Assembly: GCF_009914755.1 (NCBI RefSeq)
Contig: NC_060936.1
Strand: one strand, 5' to 3'
DNA length: 64,000 nucleotides
Source: the human T2T-CHM13v2.0 reference genome, Homo sapiens
The notes below the pieces were generated by a model. The model ran no database searches. It was not told the origin of the DNA and saw only the letters and a list, made by a program, of their open reading frames with translations. Positions 13,107 to 28,943 of this stretch are shown here, piece by piece. The position numbers and the translations under genes were made by a program. The first letter of the stretch is position 1. Each line of letters starts with the position of its first letter.

Positions 13107-15777
13107 CAACAATTCTGTATTTTCCTAGTCAACTAATTCACATGAATGTTTCATACCTTTTCATGTATTTTCAAATATCTCTTGACTTTCAGCTGTTGAC
13201 CTTGGCATGCTATGCTATCCCATTGCATCTATGCAGATATTTTCCTCCTTCTGTCCTGTTACTTCTCCATAAAGTTTTTTCACATTTGCAACACAGACCA
13301 TCCCTTTTAACTTACTGAAGAAACCATCTAGTGAATCTACAATACATATGGGCAATTTTTCTCACTTCAATTATTTTATTTGGACCAAATACTCCTTTAG
13401 CTACTACATCACTTCTTCTGTCCTGCTTCCTATTCCTCTCTTCCCATTCTTGCAGCCACTATTTGAATCAGACTCTTAACCCACATCTTCATTGAACTTG
13501 TTCTTATTATGGTTGCCAATGATCTCAACATTGTTCAATATAATTGTCTATTCTCTGTCTTCATCTTACTTGGTCAGCAGCAATTAATACAATTGATCAC
13601 CTGAGTAATTTTTTATTTGCTAAGATACATGCCACTTCTTTTATTTTATTTCTACTTTATTGATCACTCCTCCTTAGTGCCCTTTGCTAGTTCTTATTTT
13701 CAAGAACTTTAAATACTGGAGTTCCCTAGGGATCAAGTTTTGTACATTGTATTTTTCTAACTACATTCAATTTACTGTTTTATAATGATATCTGGTCTCA
13801 TGACTTTAACACTCATTTCTACATGGAAGGCTTCCAAATATAAGTCTTCAGATGTGCCTCTCCTCTATACTCCAACTGCTTTCACTCCTCTTTATATCCA
13901 GACCTACTCTCCTTCTCTTTATATCCCACACTCCTTCTCTTTATATCCAGACCTACTCTTCTAGTCTCCTTTTCAGTGAGTTTTGGTTTTTGCACTGAGT
14001 TAGGCAAAAAATATTCAAGTCTCTCTTGTCTCTTCCTACCTCTCACACTCTGCAACTGACCTTTAAAAATAAGTCTGCTTTTGAAATAAGTCTGTTTTAT
14101 AACAACTTCACACTACTTCCATTGCTTCCACTTGTGTGTTTTAAGCTACCATCGCCTCCCTACTTAACTTCTAAATTCTACAATCATATTGGTGTTCTTG
14201 AAATGCAAGCGCAATCATGTAAAACTGTTTAATATTCTCCAAAGAGTTTTTACATAATGGCAATGTAAAGGTAAATTCAATTAGATACAATGTCCTATAT
14301 AAATAAGACACTGGCTATCTGATGGACATTAACTGCTATGATTCTCTCCCTGGCTCACTCTTCTGTAACCAAACTTCCTTACAATACTGATAATACAGTG
14401 AGGATGTTCCTGTGGCAGAGTCTTTGCACTTTGTGTTCCCTCAGCCTTAAATGCTCTTTCTTCTTACACCCATGTCCTATTGCCTCATGTTTTTCAGGTT
14501 TCTGCTTAAATGACAGCATGTTAGAGAAGCCTTCCTGAACACGTATTTAAAATAATAACTTTAGCAAAACCTATTCTCTTTCTTAGTTTTCTTTACAAGA
14601 TCCATCACTATTTAACATAATGTATGTTTTACTTTTCCATTCGTTTACTATCTGTCTCCTTCATAAATATGTGTGCTGTGAGGGCATGAAATATTGAAAG
14701 ATTTTCATTGTTACATTTTCTGTCCTTAGAAAAGTGCTGCCAGAAAGGAAAGGCTCAATACATATTTGTTGAATTAATTAATTAAGCACAAATACACAGA
14801 TGTCTTAAGTATCCAGATGGAATAATACAATATATGTTCAAAGAATGACCAATAAACAAAACAAAAGCATAATGATAAGTACCAGCTAGACCCGCACAGA
14901 CAAAGTGGAATACAGAGTAAAAACTATGAACTAGCTGGCAGATAAATTCCCATCCCTCTTATCTTGGGAGGGAACTAAAACAGAACAAAACATAACAAAA
15001 CAAAACTGGTGTTGCTGGAAAAGTATGATAGGCCTTAATCACTCATGTATGTATCACATACTGTTGGAGATTCTATAAAGAATAGTTCAACTCTATGTGG
15101 CATAGCTTTTCAATTAATTTTAATGAATGATTATAATATTCCAAGATGGTCCAGGAAGATTTCTCTTAATGTATCTTTAAAAGAAAAATAGATCAAACTT
15201 ACAATGGGAAAGTATTAGGTAACTTTCTACAGTGTGGTTGCCAATAACACTGCTGTTACTTTCAATTCTAATCAATTTCTGATTTAAGATAAGATTATAA
15301 ATTCTTTTCGCTTTTTGATTGAGTACAGTTACTACTGCTACTTCTAAATATGTGCCACTGCTGTGCCAAAATATTTGTTTTCTAGTGCAAAACCCTCCAG
15401 AGCTGTTTTTTCTGTCTAGCATACTGACCAGCAACACTTGAGATGGTAGCTACTTCATTAATAAACTTGGTTCTTTACTAACTTTGATGAATAGAGACCC
15501 AATTTCCAGTCCTCATAAGCCTGCAGTGGTGTGTAGCATTACATGGAGGGAAAATATCTATATCTATACCTGTATCTCTACATTTCTTTATCTCTTTCTC
15601 AACCTCTATACCTAACCTGTCCTGAATAATATAAAGACAAGTCAAGAAAACAGCCATATTTCTCAGCACAGTTATAGCTACACTTAAATTATATATAGCA
15701 TGTAAAATCATTTTTAACTACACTTAGTTTTGAGTAAGCATTTAAAATATGTTTTGTAATCAACTGGTTTTTTTTTC

Positions 15778-16818
15778 TGTCACATATTGCTGCATAACAA
15801 ATTCTCCAAACCTTAGCAGTTTATAGCAATAGAAATATATTATCTCACATTGTCTGTGGGCCAGGAATCTAGGAGTGGCTTAGATTCCTGGGTCCTCTGT
15901 CTCTGGGCTGCAATCAAGGGCTGAGGTTGTCTCAAGACTTGATGAGGGAAGATCTGAAATCACTTACGTGGTTGTTTGCAGGCCTCAGGTCCTTGCTAAC
16001 TGTTGGAAAGAGTCATCTGTTCTTTGCCTCTATGCAGGACAACTCAAAATTTGACAACTGGCTTCTCTTTAGGGCAACCATAAAAGACAGTGAGAGACAG
16101 TAAGAAAAAAGTCACAGACTTTATAACCTACTCTCAGAAGTGACAGCTTATGACTTTTGCTGTGTTCTATTTGTTATAATTGAATCACTAAGTTTAGTCT
16201 ACACTCAAGAAGAGGGAATTACATGAAGGGGAAATATTAAGAGGTGAAAATTATTGGTGTAACCAAACGCAGGTTCTACTGATTGCTGATTGCAAAATTG
16301 AGTAACAAGGACAAGGCGTGGTAGGAGAAAAGCAACCTTATTTTCCAATGCTGGCAGTGGGGAAATGATTCAGACTACTTCCCTAATAAAACGGCTTCAA
16401 CATTCTCAGGCAAAATGCTAGGATTTAAGAAGGTTTGGTACAGCGGGAATGCAGCAGGGGTGCAGCAGTGCAGGTCTACGTGACTTGTTCTGATGACTTG
16501 AGTTATTACTCCATCTGATAAATAAAATGGTGCCATCTTGGGCTCAACGGGGTTGTAAATTAGCCACAGCTTTGAATAATTTTCTGGTGGGGGAGAATTT
16601 CATAAGCACCTGGGTTGTCTCAAGGTTCAGTCTCTGGGACTTCTAAGCAAACGTAATTAGAAGCTAACAATGCAGGGGTGTGCCTGGTGGGAAGGAGACT
16701 AAAGGTTATTATTTCATTACTGAAATGTTAATACAAAAGTCTGAAGAAAGTAAAAAAAAAATCTTAAAAATAGGGTACTCAGTTATACCGGGACTTATTT
16801 CAAGGGCTGCTTACTACT
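15778..16818 (-). mobile_element. MaLR LTR (MLT1F/G-like) interrupted by an ERV1 LTR
   Basis: attgctgcataacaaa...tctgtgggccaggaatctaggagtggcttag; terminus resumes after 16787. Confidence 0.75.
16258..16787 (-). mobile_element. ERV1 solo LTR (LTR24-like)
   Basis: tgtaacc...aaatagggtactcagttata termini. Confidence 0.7.
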
Positions 16819-16907
16819 GCACAGTGCTTAGATCCATTCCTATCCTCTGACCTATTTCTCTGGCCAACTGGTGCTTAATTGGTTTTTAAGCAAGTGTCTT
16901 AAAACAC

Positions 16908-17298
16908 TGATACAGTTTGGCTCTGTGTCTCCGCCCAAATCTCATGTTGAATTGTAATCCTCAGTGTTGGGGGAGGGGCCTGGAGGGAGGTGATTGGATC
17001 ATGGGGTTGGACTTCCCCCTTGCTGTTCTCCTGAGGGTGAGAGGGTGAGCGAGTTCTCAGGAGATCTGAGTGTTTAAAAGTGTGTAGCACCTCCCCCTTA
17101 GCTCTCTTCCTCCTGCTCCAGCTATGTAAGACGTGCCTCCTTCTTCTTCACCTTTTGCCGTAATTTTAAGATTCCTGAGGCCTCCCCAGCCATGCTTCCT
17201 GTATAACCTGCAGAACTGTGAGTGAATGAACCTCTTTTCTTTATAAATTACCTAGTTTCAGGTGGTTCTCTATAGCAATGTGAGAACAGACTAATACA
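16908..17298 (+). mobile_element. MaLR LTR MSTA
   Basis: tgatacagtttggctctgtgtc...cccaaatctcatgttgaattgtaatc...gactaataca. Confidence 0.9.
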
Positions 17299-18201
17299 AG
17301 CATATTTACTATCTATATTTTTAAACCCATTGTTTTAAAAATTAAATTCAATATTCAAAACAAAAATGTACTTTATTGATCTTAACAAATTTAAAAAAAT
17401 GAAAAAATACAAGCTGCATATAACATGAACATTTCTGATCTCTTAGATTTGCATGGTAGAGGGTATATTTTTAAAGTCTAACACCAGTCAATCTGCCTGC
17501 AGTTGCTTATTTTTTCCTCTTAAATCAAGTTATCTTTCAAAGTTTGAAGCGGTTGTTTAACTCGTTGTGAACTCTATGACATCCTGAGCCTGGATTCCTT
17601 TCATGTTATAAACTTTGGTTTTCTGTCATTAATATAAAGCTCTTCAGTGTAAATTGTAATTATTTTGGGAAAAAGCTGAGAAAATTATACAAAATATAGA
17701 CAGACCCAGGAGAGATAATGCAAGAGGCTGCTCTGTGGCAACAAGAACTCTAAGCCATATAGCAATTATTTCCAAAATTAAAGGATTCCTACATATCTAT
17801 AGCAATTCCACTACTGAATTAAAAATTAAAACCTAAACCTAAGTTGGTTGACAGGTTTATCATTTCTTATACTACTTCTTGGCATCATCAATTATCCTCA
17901 GGTACATAATACTCTCTGGCCAAGTCATCCCTTATGAGGACTATGCCTTTTTATTCATTGTCCTATCAATTATCATTGCATAGAAAATTCTTCAAAGTCT
18001 AAGTGTCAGACATTGCCGAATCCTTTGGTGGGTTTTAAAATTGTATTCAGAAAATAAAAACCTCTAGCCCATACACAATCTAGAAGATTCTCACTATCTC
18101 TCTAGTCACATTTTACACCGTCTCTCTATTCCTTTCTTTGGTACAGACACACTGACCTTCATTTCTGTTTTCCATTGTCACTTAGGTAAATTCACACAGA
18201 A

Positions 18202-18355
18202 AATTACAGAACCTGAACATTTTTAGAAGGTTTTATTCTGAATTGAAAATTACACATAAAATAAATACAATTGTCATTATTTTATTACATCCTAAAGCTT
18301 GCAGTTTTCATTTCTTGGTTTCTTATATGGCAGGGTCTGAAATAGAAAAATACAT
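18202..18355 (+). repeat. Copy 1 of a diverged ~155-bp direct repeat (copy 2 at 20119-20275)
   Basis: aattacagaacct...tagaaggtttta.tctgaattgaaa...cacataaaataaat.caattg.cattatttt...gcagggtctgaaata is shared. Confidence 0.9.
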
Positions 18356-18401
18356 TGTATTTTGAGAAAGAGTAAGCAAATAATTTACACTTTACATATT
18401 T

Positions 18402-19831
18402 ATAGGGTTTAGGATACATTATCCAGAAATATGGCATCTTGGCATATTGGATATTTTAAGCTGAAGGAATTTGAGATATGATAAGTGCAGAAAGGTCTTT
18501 CTGACCTTCCCCTGAAGCAGGTTGAAAATCCTAGGAAAGATTTTCTGATCCCCCCACGAAGCAGGTCATATAAGCCCCTCATGTGAGAAGTGCCCCTACT
18601 ATCCCCTGAGTAAAGGAGTATCCTTAATCTCCTGAGACAAAAGTATACAGAGCCTGTCTGTACAAACAGGCAATGCCAAGTTTTCTGCAGTATAAGTACT
18701 TACACCCTTTGTCTTAGGATAATGGAAACTTTTTATCCTTGTATATTTCTTGTATCCAGATTTCTCCACCACCCTCCATTCTTCATCAAACCTACTATTA
18801 AAAACAAACAAATTTACAAGAAGAAATCAAACAACCCCATCAAAAAGTGGGCAAAGGATATGAACAGACACTTCTCAAAAGAAGACATTTATGCAGCCAA
18901 CAGACACATGAAAAGATGCTCATCATCACTGGCCATTAGAGAAATGCAAATCAAAACCACAATGAGATACCATCTCATACCAGTTAGAATGGTGATCATT
19001 AAAAAGTCAGGAAACAACAGGTGCTGGACAGGATGTGGAGAAATAGGAACACTTCTACACTGTTGGTGGGACTGTAAACTAATTCAACCATTGTGGAATA
19101 CAGTGTGGCTATTCCTCAGGGATCTAGAACTAGAAATACCACTTGACCCAACAATCCCACTACTGGGTATATACCCAAAGGATTATAAATCATGCTACTA
19201 TAAGCACACATGCACACGTATGTTTATTATGGCACTATTCACAATGGCAAAGACCTGGAACCAACCCAAATGTCTATCAATGATAGACTGGATTAAGAAA
19301 ATGTGGCACATATACACCATGGAATACTATGCAGCCATAAAAAAGGATGAGTTCGTGTCCTTTGTAGGGACATGGATGAAGCTGGAAACCATTATCCTGA
19401 GCAAACTATCGCAAGGACAGAAAACTAAACACCGCATGTTCTCACTCATAGGTGGGAATTGAACAATGAGAACACTTGGACACAGGGTGGGAACATCACA
19501 CACCGGGGCTTGTTGTGGGGTGGGAAGCGGGGGAGGGATAGCATTAAGAGAAATGCCTAATGTAAATGACAAGTTAATGGGTGCAGCACACTAACATGGC
19601 ACGTGTATGCATATGTAACAAACCTGTACATTGTGCACATGTACCCTAGAACTTTAAAAAAAAATTTCTAGTTTAACTGGTACTTCAAGTCTTCATTCCC
19701 TAATGAAGGCTCAGTGTCATGGAAAACTTACATTAAATAAATGTGTATGGTTTTCTCTTGTTAATCTGTCTTTTGTTACAGGGGCCCCAGCCAAGGAACC
19801 TAAGAAGGAAAATATAAATTCCCTCCATAAT
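18402..19831 (+). mobile_element. ERV1 solo LTR (MER34-like) interrupted by L1PA
   Basis: aaatatggcatcttggcatattggatattttaagctgaaggaatttgag; 3' part attaaataaatgtgtatggttttctcttgttaatctgtc after 19665. Confidence 0.75.
18805..19664 (+). mobile_element. 5'-truncated L1PA (about PA3-PA5): ORF2 C-terminus, 3' UTR and poly(A)
   Basis: Stop-free frame [29 protein letters not shown]...[18 protein letters not shown]...[10 protein letters not shown], then primate L1 3' UTR. Confidence 0.97.
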
Positions 19832-20118
19832 ATCAATGGGATAAATACCATACAGTTAATAAAACTGTTTTGTGTTAATAAAACTCTCAGCCCTACAGTA
19901 TATATTTATGAATTTAAAGGAGATTATAACACATACACACATACATTTTCTCTGTACCCTAAAAACATCAGCTTGTAATCAAATGAACAGTGTTTTCCAC
20001 TTTTTATAAATAAGTATAGTATATCCTCTTGGAAACTATAGGATTTGTTACAATTGTTCTCTTATGAAAGTTTTATCTACTAATTGTCATTGAATACTTC
20101 ACAAGCCAGCTGTCACCT

Positions 20119-20275
20119 AATTACAGAACCTAAAAATATTTTAGAAGGTTTTACTCTGAATTGAAACCTCCACATAAAATAAATGCAATTGCCATTATTT
20201 TTTTAAATCTTCAAATCTGTAGTTTTTTTTTTAACTTGGTTTCATATATAGCAGGGTCTGAAATAAGAAAAACAT
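20119..20275 (+). repeat. Copy 2 of the ~155-bp direct repeat
   Basis: Matches 18202-18355. Confidence 0.9.
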
Positions 20276-21334
20276 GGTGTAAGCAACAGATGAGAATAGA
20301 AAATAAAATTAAATCCTTTTGGAAAAAAATGATTCTGAAAATTTGAGTGAATAAACAATGACCATAATGCCACTTTCCCACGTGGCACTCACTATTTTCA
20401 CGTAACTATGTGCAACTCTTGAAGCTGGAAAGTGAAATACAATGATCTGGTTTACTTCAATAGAAAATGAAAAACCTGTATTTGTTTATTTCTAAATCAG
20501 TTACCTCTGGAATAATATGTCATTAAATTCTGGAAGATATTTGCCTTTGTCATTTTGTGAAAGACTGTCCTCCATAATAAAGAAATATTATTAGTAAGTT
20601 GGATAGAATAACACACATATCGTACAAAAAGTTGTTGTAGTGTCTGCAAATGCAAGCCACCTTATGTAAAAAAAGCTATTACTTACAAAATGTTAAACTT
20701 ATAATATCTACAAACTTTAATTGTCACATTAGATATTTCAATATCCATATACCCATTATAAAGCAAAATAGTTTCTATCTAGTGCTGGTACATTAAATGG
20801 ATTGGAATTGATTTGTTATAACAGGATAAGATAAACTATAGCCTAATATAGATAAATGACTTCCAAGTATAGCTCAGATATTGGCTGTATGTTTGTGTTC
20901 AGATTTTGCTGAACATTTGAGAGAATGGAGGGAGGTTCTTTTACAGCACCATAGCAAATAATTTAACCATCTCTATTTTTATGATTCTTTCATCAATTAG
21001 TACCCTTACAAATCTCTCACTCTACAGTTTCTCTACAGGACCTCCTCATTCTTTTCTGCCATTTTGCAGATTCACATACATTTTTATCTTTATCCCTCAA
21101 CTAACCTATGTTTTTTTCTGTTAAATTCCATATTCTATTCACAATACATATAGAATATTTTAGCTGCCTCTTTGTTTCACTGCTGCTTTGAAAGTCAAGC
21201 CTTACAAGACCTTAGATTTTATAGTCAAAAACAATTATCAAGATATTTTCAAAACCAAAATTATGCATACTCAAGATAAATTATAACACTCTTTTAACAC
21301 AAATGGTTACATTCAAATGTGTGTGGATTTATCA

Positions 21335-22040
21335 TTAATAAACTTTATATTTTAGTACAGTGCTTGAATTACATAATAATCGAGCAGATAGTACATGGTA
21401 TTCTATATACAACCCATCCCCACAGAAATTCTTCTATTTTTATATTGCATTAATGTAGTATACTTGTTACAACTAACAAGCTGATATTGATAATTATTAT
21501 TATAGTACATCATTTACTTTAGGGCTCACTGTGTTCTATAGTTCCTTGTGTTATGACATGTATATTGCCCTGTATTCACCATTACAGTTTCATACAGAAC
21601 AGTTTCCCCACCCTAAAAATTCCCCGTGTTCTACCTGTTCATCCCTTTCTTCCCTCCTAGAGAATGCCTGGCAACCACTAATCTTTTTACAGTCTCCATA
21701 GTTTTAGCTTTCTCATGATGTCATATAGTTGGATTTATGCATTATATTCCTTTTTTAGTACGGTTTCTTTCACTTAGCAGTATGTATTTACCATTCGTTC
21801 ATGTCTTTTAAAGGCTTAACAGCTCATTCCTTTCTATTCTGAATAATATTCCGTTGCGGATATACCAGAGTTTATCCATTTGTTAATTAAAAGACATCTT
21901 TGTTAATAAATATAGTAGAATATTTACTATACACTAGTATGGGGTAATTTTGTTTAAGGCTGCTATAAGCATTCCTATGTCCAGGTTATTGCACAGACAT
22001 CATTTTTACATCATTGAGTAAATACCATAGGAGCTATGTT
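21335..22040 (-). mobile_element. L1MC/L1MD-type 3' end
   Basis: cctggcaaccactaatctttttacagtctccatagtttt...tttcacttagcagtatgtattta. Confidence 0.8.
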
Positions 22041-22625
22041 AATGCAATGGTGAAAGTTGCATGTGTTGGGGGCGGGGAAGTGTTCTATACTCCTATATTT
22101 AAGTCTCAGTCTTATAGTGCTCTTGTGGACTGGGCTATAATCTTTATGAGTGCTTCTCAGCATTTTTCCCCCTTAGGTGAAAGAGAAAGGCTAAAATGGG
22201 CTGGAACTGGGTAACTTCCCTTCCTCTAAGTCAGATAAAGCTTTGGTGAAATCTTTTCATGAGCTCATGTAGGAACAGGAAGATATGATGCTTTTCCTTA
22301 TTTGTAAGGGTCATGGCCAGCACTCCTATAACAAAAGAGAGGTTAACAAGAGAAAAGCATAACAACTTTATTTAATCAAAGTTTTATGTGACATAGGAGA
22401 CTTCATAAATGATGACTCAAAGACTTAGGAAAAACTTCCTATTTTTATTCTTAGGTTCCACAATAAATGGTCAGCTGTGTAGAAATATGATTGGACAACA
22501 GACTATAATCTAATGGTAATAAACTGAGGGAGAATCCAGCAAGGCCTCTCCGTTTAGGTCCTCCTTGTCCTCTCTTTGTATCATTGTTTCCTCCCCAGAT
22601 ATGGGGAAGACCCTTCTGGGGAGGG

Positions 22626-23727
22626 TGGTAGTCTGGCACTGTGACTGTACCCAAATTTTATCTTGAATTGTAATCAGAATTTTAATCCCCATGTATTGGG
22701 GAAGGGACATTGTGGTGAAACAGGATACTTCTCTTGACCCTTTCATGGGACTCGCAAAGAGATTGGTTCGTTTACTCAGGTCACAGCTCTCAACCCCTTG
22801 CAGGAGGGGGAGCACACAGGTGAGTGAGTTTAGAGGACAGGACAAGCACTTCTGGGCAACTAGCAGGAACAGAACTCTGTGCAGGCCCACGGCAGCATCT
22901 AAGGGTTTCCCGTGACCTCAGAGCTCTAGAGGGCATGTGTGACAGTATGCTCCTTTAGCTTTGTCATCTGCGGATGGCTTAAGTGTTAAACAGCTTAGTG
23001 GAGGGTCAGTGCGACTGCCTCTTGCACCTTCACTCAGGTCCTTGTTTGGTGTCCAGGAAGAATCAGGTCACGTGAACGAATTGAAGGGTGGTAAATGTAG
23101 AAGATTTTATTGAGTGGTGGAAATGGCTCTCAGCGGGAAGTGAAGCTGGAAAGGGGATGAAATCTTACCTGGAGTTTGGCCTCATCCCTGGCCGAATTCT
23201 TCACTGAGATCTTGCCCTTTTGAAGTCACACTGTCTCTTTAAAGTCACATTGCTTCTCTCTGATGTCCCGGATGTTTCTTCTCTTCTCTCCTTCTCTACC
23301 ACACTGCTGGTGGAGCCTGGGGTTTTTATGGGTACAGGATCGGGGGCAGAGTGAGCCAGGGTGGTTTTGGAAAAGCCAACAATTGGGCAGGAAAACAGGA
23401 ATGCGTGTTCTCACTTTGGGCAGTAGGTCCAGGTTTATGGGTGTGGCCCTTGCTGGGGACCACTCTCCTCTACCCAGTTTTTTCCTGCCTCCTGTCCATA
23501 TCAGTGGGAGGTGATTAGATTAGGGAGGTGGTTCCCCCCATGCTGTTCTCATGATAGTAAGTTCTCATGAGATCTGATGGTATCATAAAGGCCTTTTCCC
23601 CACTTTGCTTGGCACTTCTCCTTCCTGCTGCCATGTGAAGACAGATATGTTTGCCTCCCCTTCCACCATGATTGTAAGTTTCCTGAGGCCTCCCCAGACC
23701 TGTGGAAATGTGAGTCAGACTAATACA
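22626..23727 (+). mobile_element. THE1 (C/D-like) LTR, split by an LTR1-type insertion
   Basis: cccaaattttatcttgaattgtaatc...| gtgggaggtgatt...gtttcctgaggcctcccca...gactaataca. Confidence 0.85.
22716..23503 (-). mobile_element. ERV1 solo LTR (LTR1/LTR28 group)
   Basis: Reverse complement starts tgatatggacaggaggcagg; perfect 4-bp TSD GTGG at 22712-22715 and 23504-23507. Confidence 0.85.
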
Positions 23728-24387
23728 GTGACCTGTTTAATGGTTTGCTTTGGGAAAGGGAAGTTCTAGAGTTTTTGTTTCTATGACCCACCTTGAGGAA
23801 GAGCAATGCTAATGCCTATGACTCAATGCAGGGGAGAAAGAGGAGCAGAATATAGGAGGGCAGGAGAAGTTCAGAGTGCTTGTTTCCAAGGCCCTTCCAA
23901 TGTCCTTGTTCAAAATACTCAGCATGCCAAGGTGCCATACTTTGGGGAATATATTCTGAACCCCAACACCGGGTAAGTATTGTTGTGGAGATCTCTAGGG
24001 GCTTTTTTAAAAACGATTACTTTTTCTCTGGGTGTATGTCAGAATGCTTATTGTATCTGCCTCCTGGTGAAGCGCAAGGAAATTCTACTCTGATCTTCAT
24101 CATGAGAACATATCAGGGCAACTGAAAGGAAAACCGACAAAAAGGGCTGGTGTGGGAAAGGATTTAGACTGGGTACGCTGGTTCCCAGAGTGCTGACATT
24201 TAAATGTAATTTTAATAGCATTTTTTTGGTCTTTGCTCAGAAGAAGAAGCATGTGGTAAAAGAAGAGGGGGATCAATATTGCCTGTAAAATTCATGTATT
24301 GAATATAGGTCTAGTATAACATACTATTAGCAGCTCATACAGTGAACACCACCAAGGTAGTGAGTTTCTATTTTTCTTTAAACCAGT

Positions 24388-24770
24388 GACCAAAATGGGT
24401 TTAATATTCTCCTCACCTTGACTGATCTTTAGGTAAGTTCCTTTCTGATTCCAAGCCCTTGACTTTCATTATATAGAGCATTTGCTTTATTAATAGAAAA
24501 CAGATAGTTGTAAATTCTTTACCTGTCTCTTTGACATGTAAATCTTTTTTAATGCCTCTGGCCAGCAAAAACTGCCATTACTTTTGCACCAATCTATAAA
24601 ACTACCCTCTGTCATGAAAAGAAAGTTGACTTTTCCTTTGGGAAAAGCCAATTAGCAAACAAGGAGAACCTATGTTTTCACTCTCACTCCAGTGCTTTAA
24701 AATCCTCCTACCCTTTGTTTCTCTTGAGTGAGCTCAGACTGAGTTCTGATCTTTTTCCTCATTGGAATGT
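24388..24770 (+). mobile_element. ERV1 LTR fragment (MER67-like)
   Basis: tgaccaaaatgggtttaatattctcctcaccttgact...ttgtaaattcttt...atgtaaatcttt. Confidence 0.6.
24565..24598. mobile_element. MADE1 (Hsmar1 MITE) half
   Basis: gcaaaaactgccattacttttgcaccaatcta = right terminal inverted repeat. Confidence 0.85.
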
Positions 24771-24874
24771 CTCATACACAGGAGAAGGGAGAAAAGTGAG
24801 GGAAAGGGAGAGGATGATGACTGAATAGCAATAGAACTTGATAAAGTGGTACAACTTTGAGAGGCAGTGAGAAA

Positions 24875-25488
24875 CATTTTCGGCATTCTCAAATTTTAGC
24901 AAGAATCCTACTAAGTAGTGAGGAGTTATTGTTTAATGGGTACAGCTTTTCAATTTGAGATGATGCAAAATTTCTGGAAATGGATGGTTGGGATGGTTGC
25001 ACAAAAATGTAAATGTTCTTAGTGTTTCTGAAATATACATTTAACAATAGTTTAAGATGGTGATCTTTGCTATGTATTTTTATCACAATAAAAATAAAAG
25101 AATGCTGCTAAGTGAGTTTAACCAGAATTCCCCATTCTCAATATCTAATCGCCCTCAATATCTAATCCCCTCATCCTCCAACATTCCCGAGGTGATGTCT
25201 GATCACCCTGGCCTGTCTTTAGAGAGAGTCCTGTTAGGTTGGTTTAGCCAGAATTCCCGTTTATCCTCAATGTTTCCTCTCAGTAATTGTCCATACACAG
25301 ATGTCTACCCTGCTCCTTGGCTATCAATTTTTATTTTTCTTTGTTGTATTTACAGTTGAGCTCACTCTCTCTTCCCCACTGTAAGACCTCATTGCAGAGG
25401 TTTCTACACCTGTCTCAATAGACACCACTTAATTAAAGTCTTCCTTATCATCTTTAACAAGTGTCATAAGTAACTTTTTTCTTTAATA
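24875..25488 (+). mobile_element. MER31-like LTR interrupted by an L1 3' end
   Basis: ggtgatgtctgatcaccctggcctg...taaagtcttccttatcatctttaacaagtgtcat. Confidence 0.8.
24917..25097 (+). mobile_element. Short L1MB-type 3' end insertion
   Basis: ggagttattgtttaatgggtacag...tatcacaataaaaat; TSD aagaatcctactaagt (24901-24916) / aagaatgctgctaagt (25098-25113). Confidence 0.85.
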
Positions 25489-25829
25489 GTAGTGTTAGAA
25501 CTGTAAGTAGAAGATAATAAAGTATATATGAATGCACAGTAGAACTCTACAGATCTTTATAGAATTTAGCTTTCCAAGGAGTGATTCAGTCTAACATGTA
25601 AAAATATAAATAAATATGAAACCATTAGATGTAAGTTATGCAAATATCTCATTTGTTTTATTGTGTAATGTAAAAGTCTTTGGTCATTTACCAAATATGA
25701 GGCTGCTTCAATTTTATGTTTATTAGGTTGAGCCATAAGAAATTGCCTTTTATGTAGGGAAAAGTAGCTAAGTATTTGAAATTTACTTTCAGTTAACCGA
25801 AACACACTCCAATTAAAATAATGGTGTTC

Positions 25830-28943
<3,114 letters not shown>

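Larger units (their letters stand above)
22268..23968 (-). mobile_element. ERV1 solo LTR (MER39-like) with nested THE1 and LTR1-type elements
   Basis: tgtagg...ataacaaaagagaggttaacaagagaaaagcata and actcagcatgccaaggtgccatactttgggg...gaaccccaaca. Confidence 0.8.
22050..24200 (-). mobile_element. Old L1M 5' region; host of the nested LTR cluster
   Basis: Continuous old-L1-like sequence either side of 22268-23968. Confidence 0.5.

Noticed and set aside
18722-19462. 246-aa ORF as a host gene
   Set aside because: It is the L1 ORF2 C-terminus; kept only as a low-interest finding
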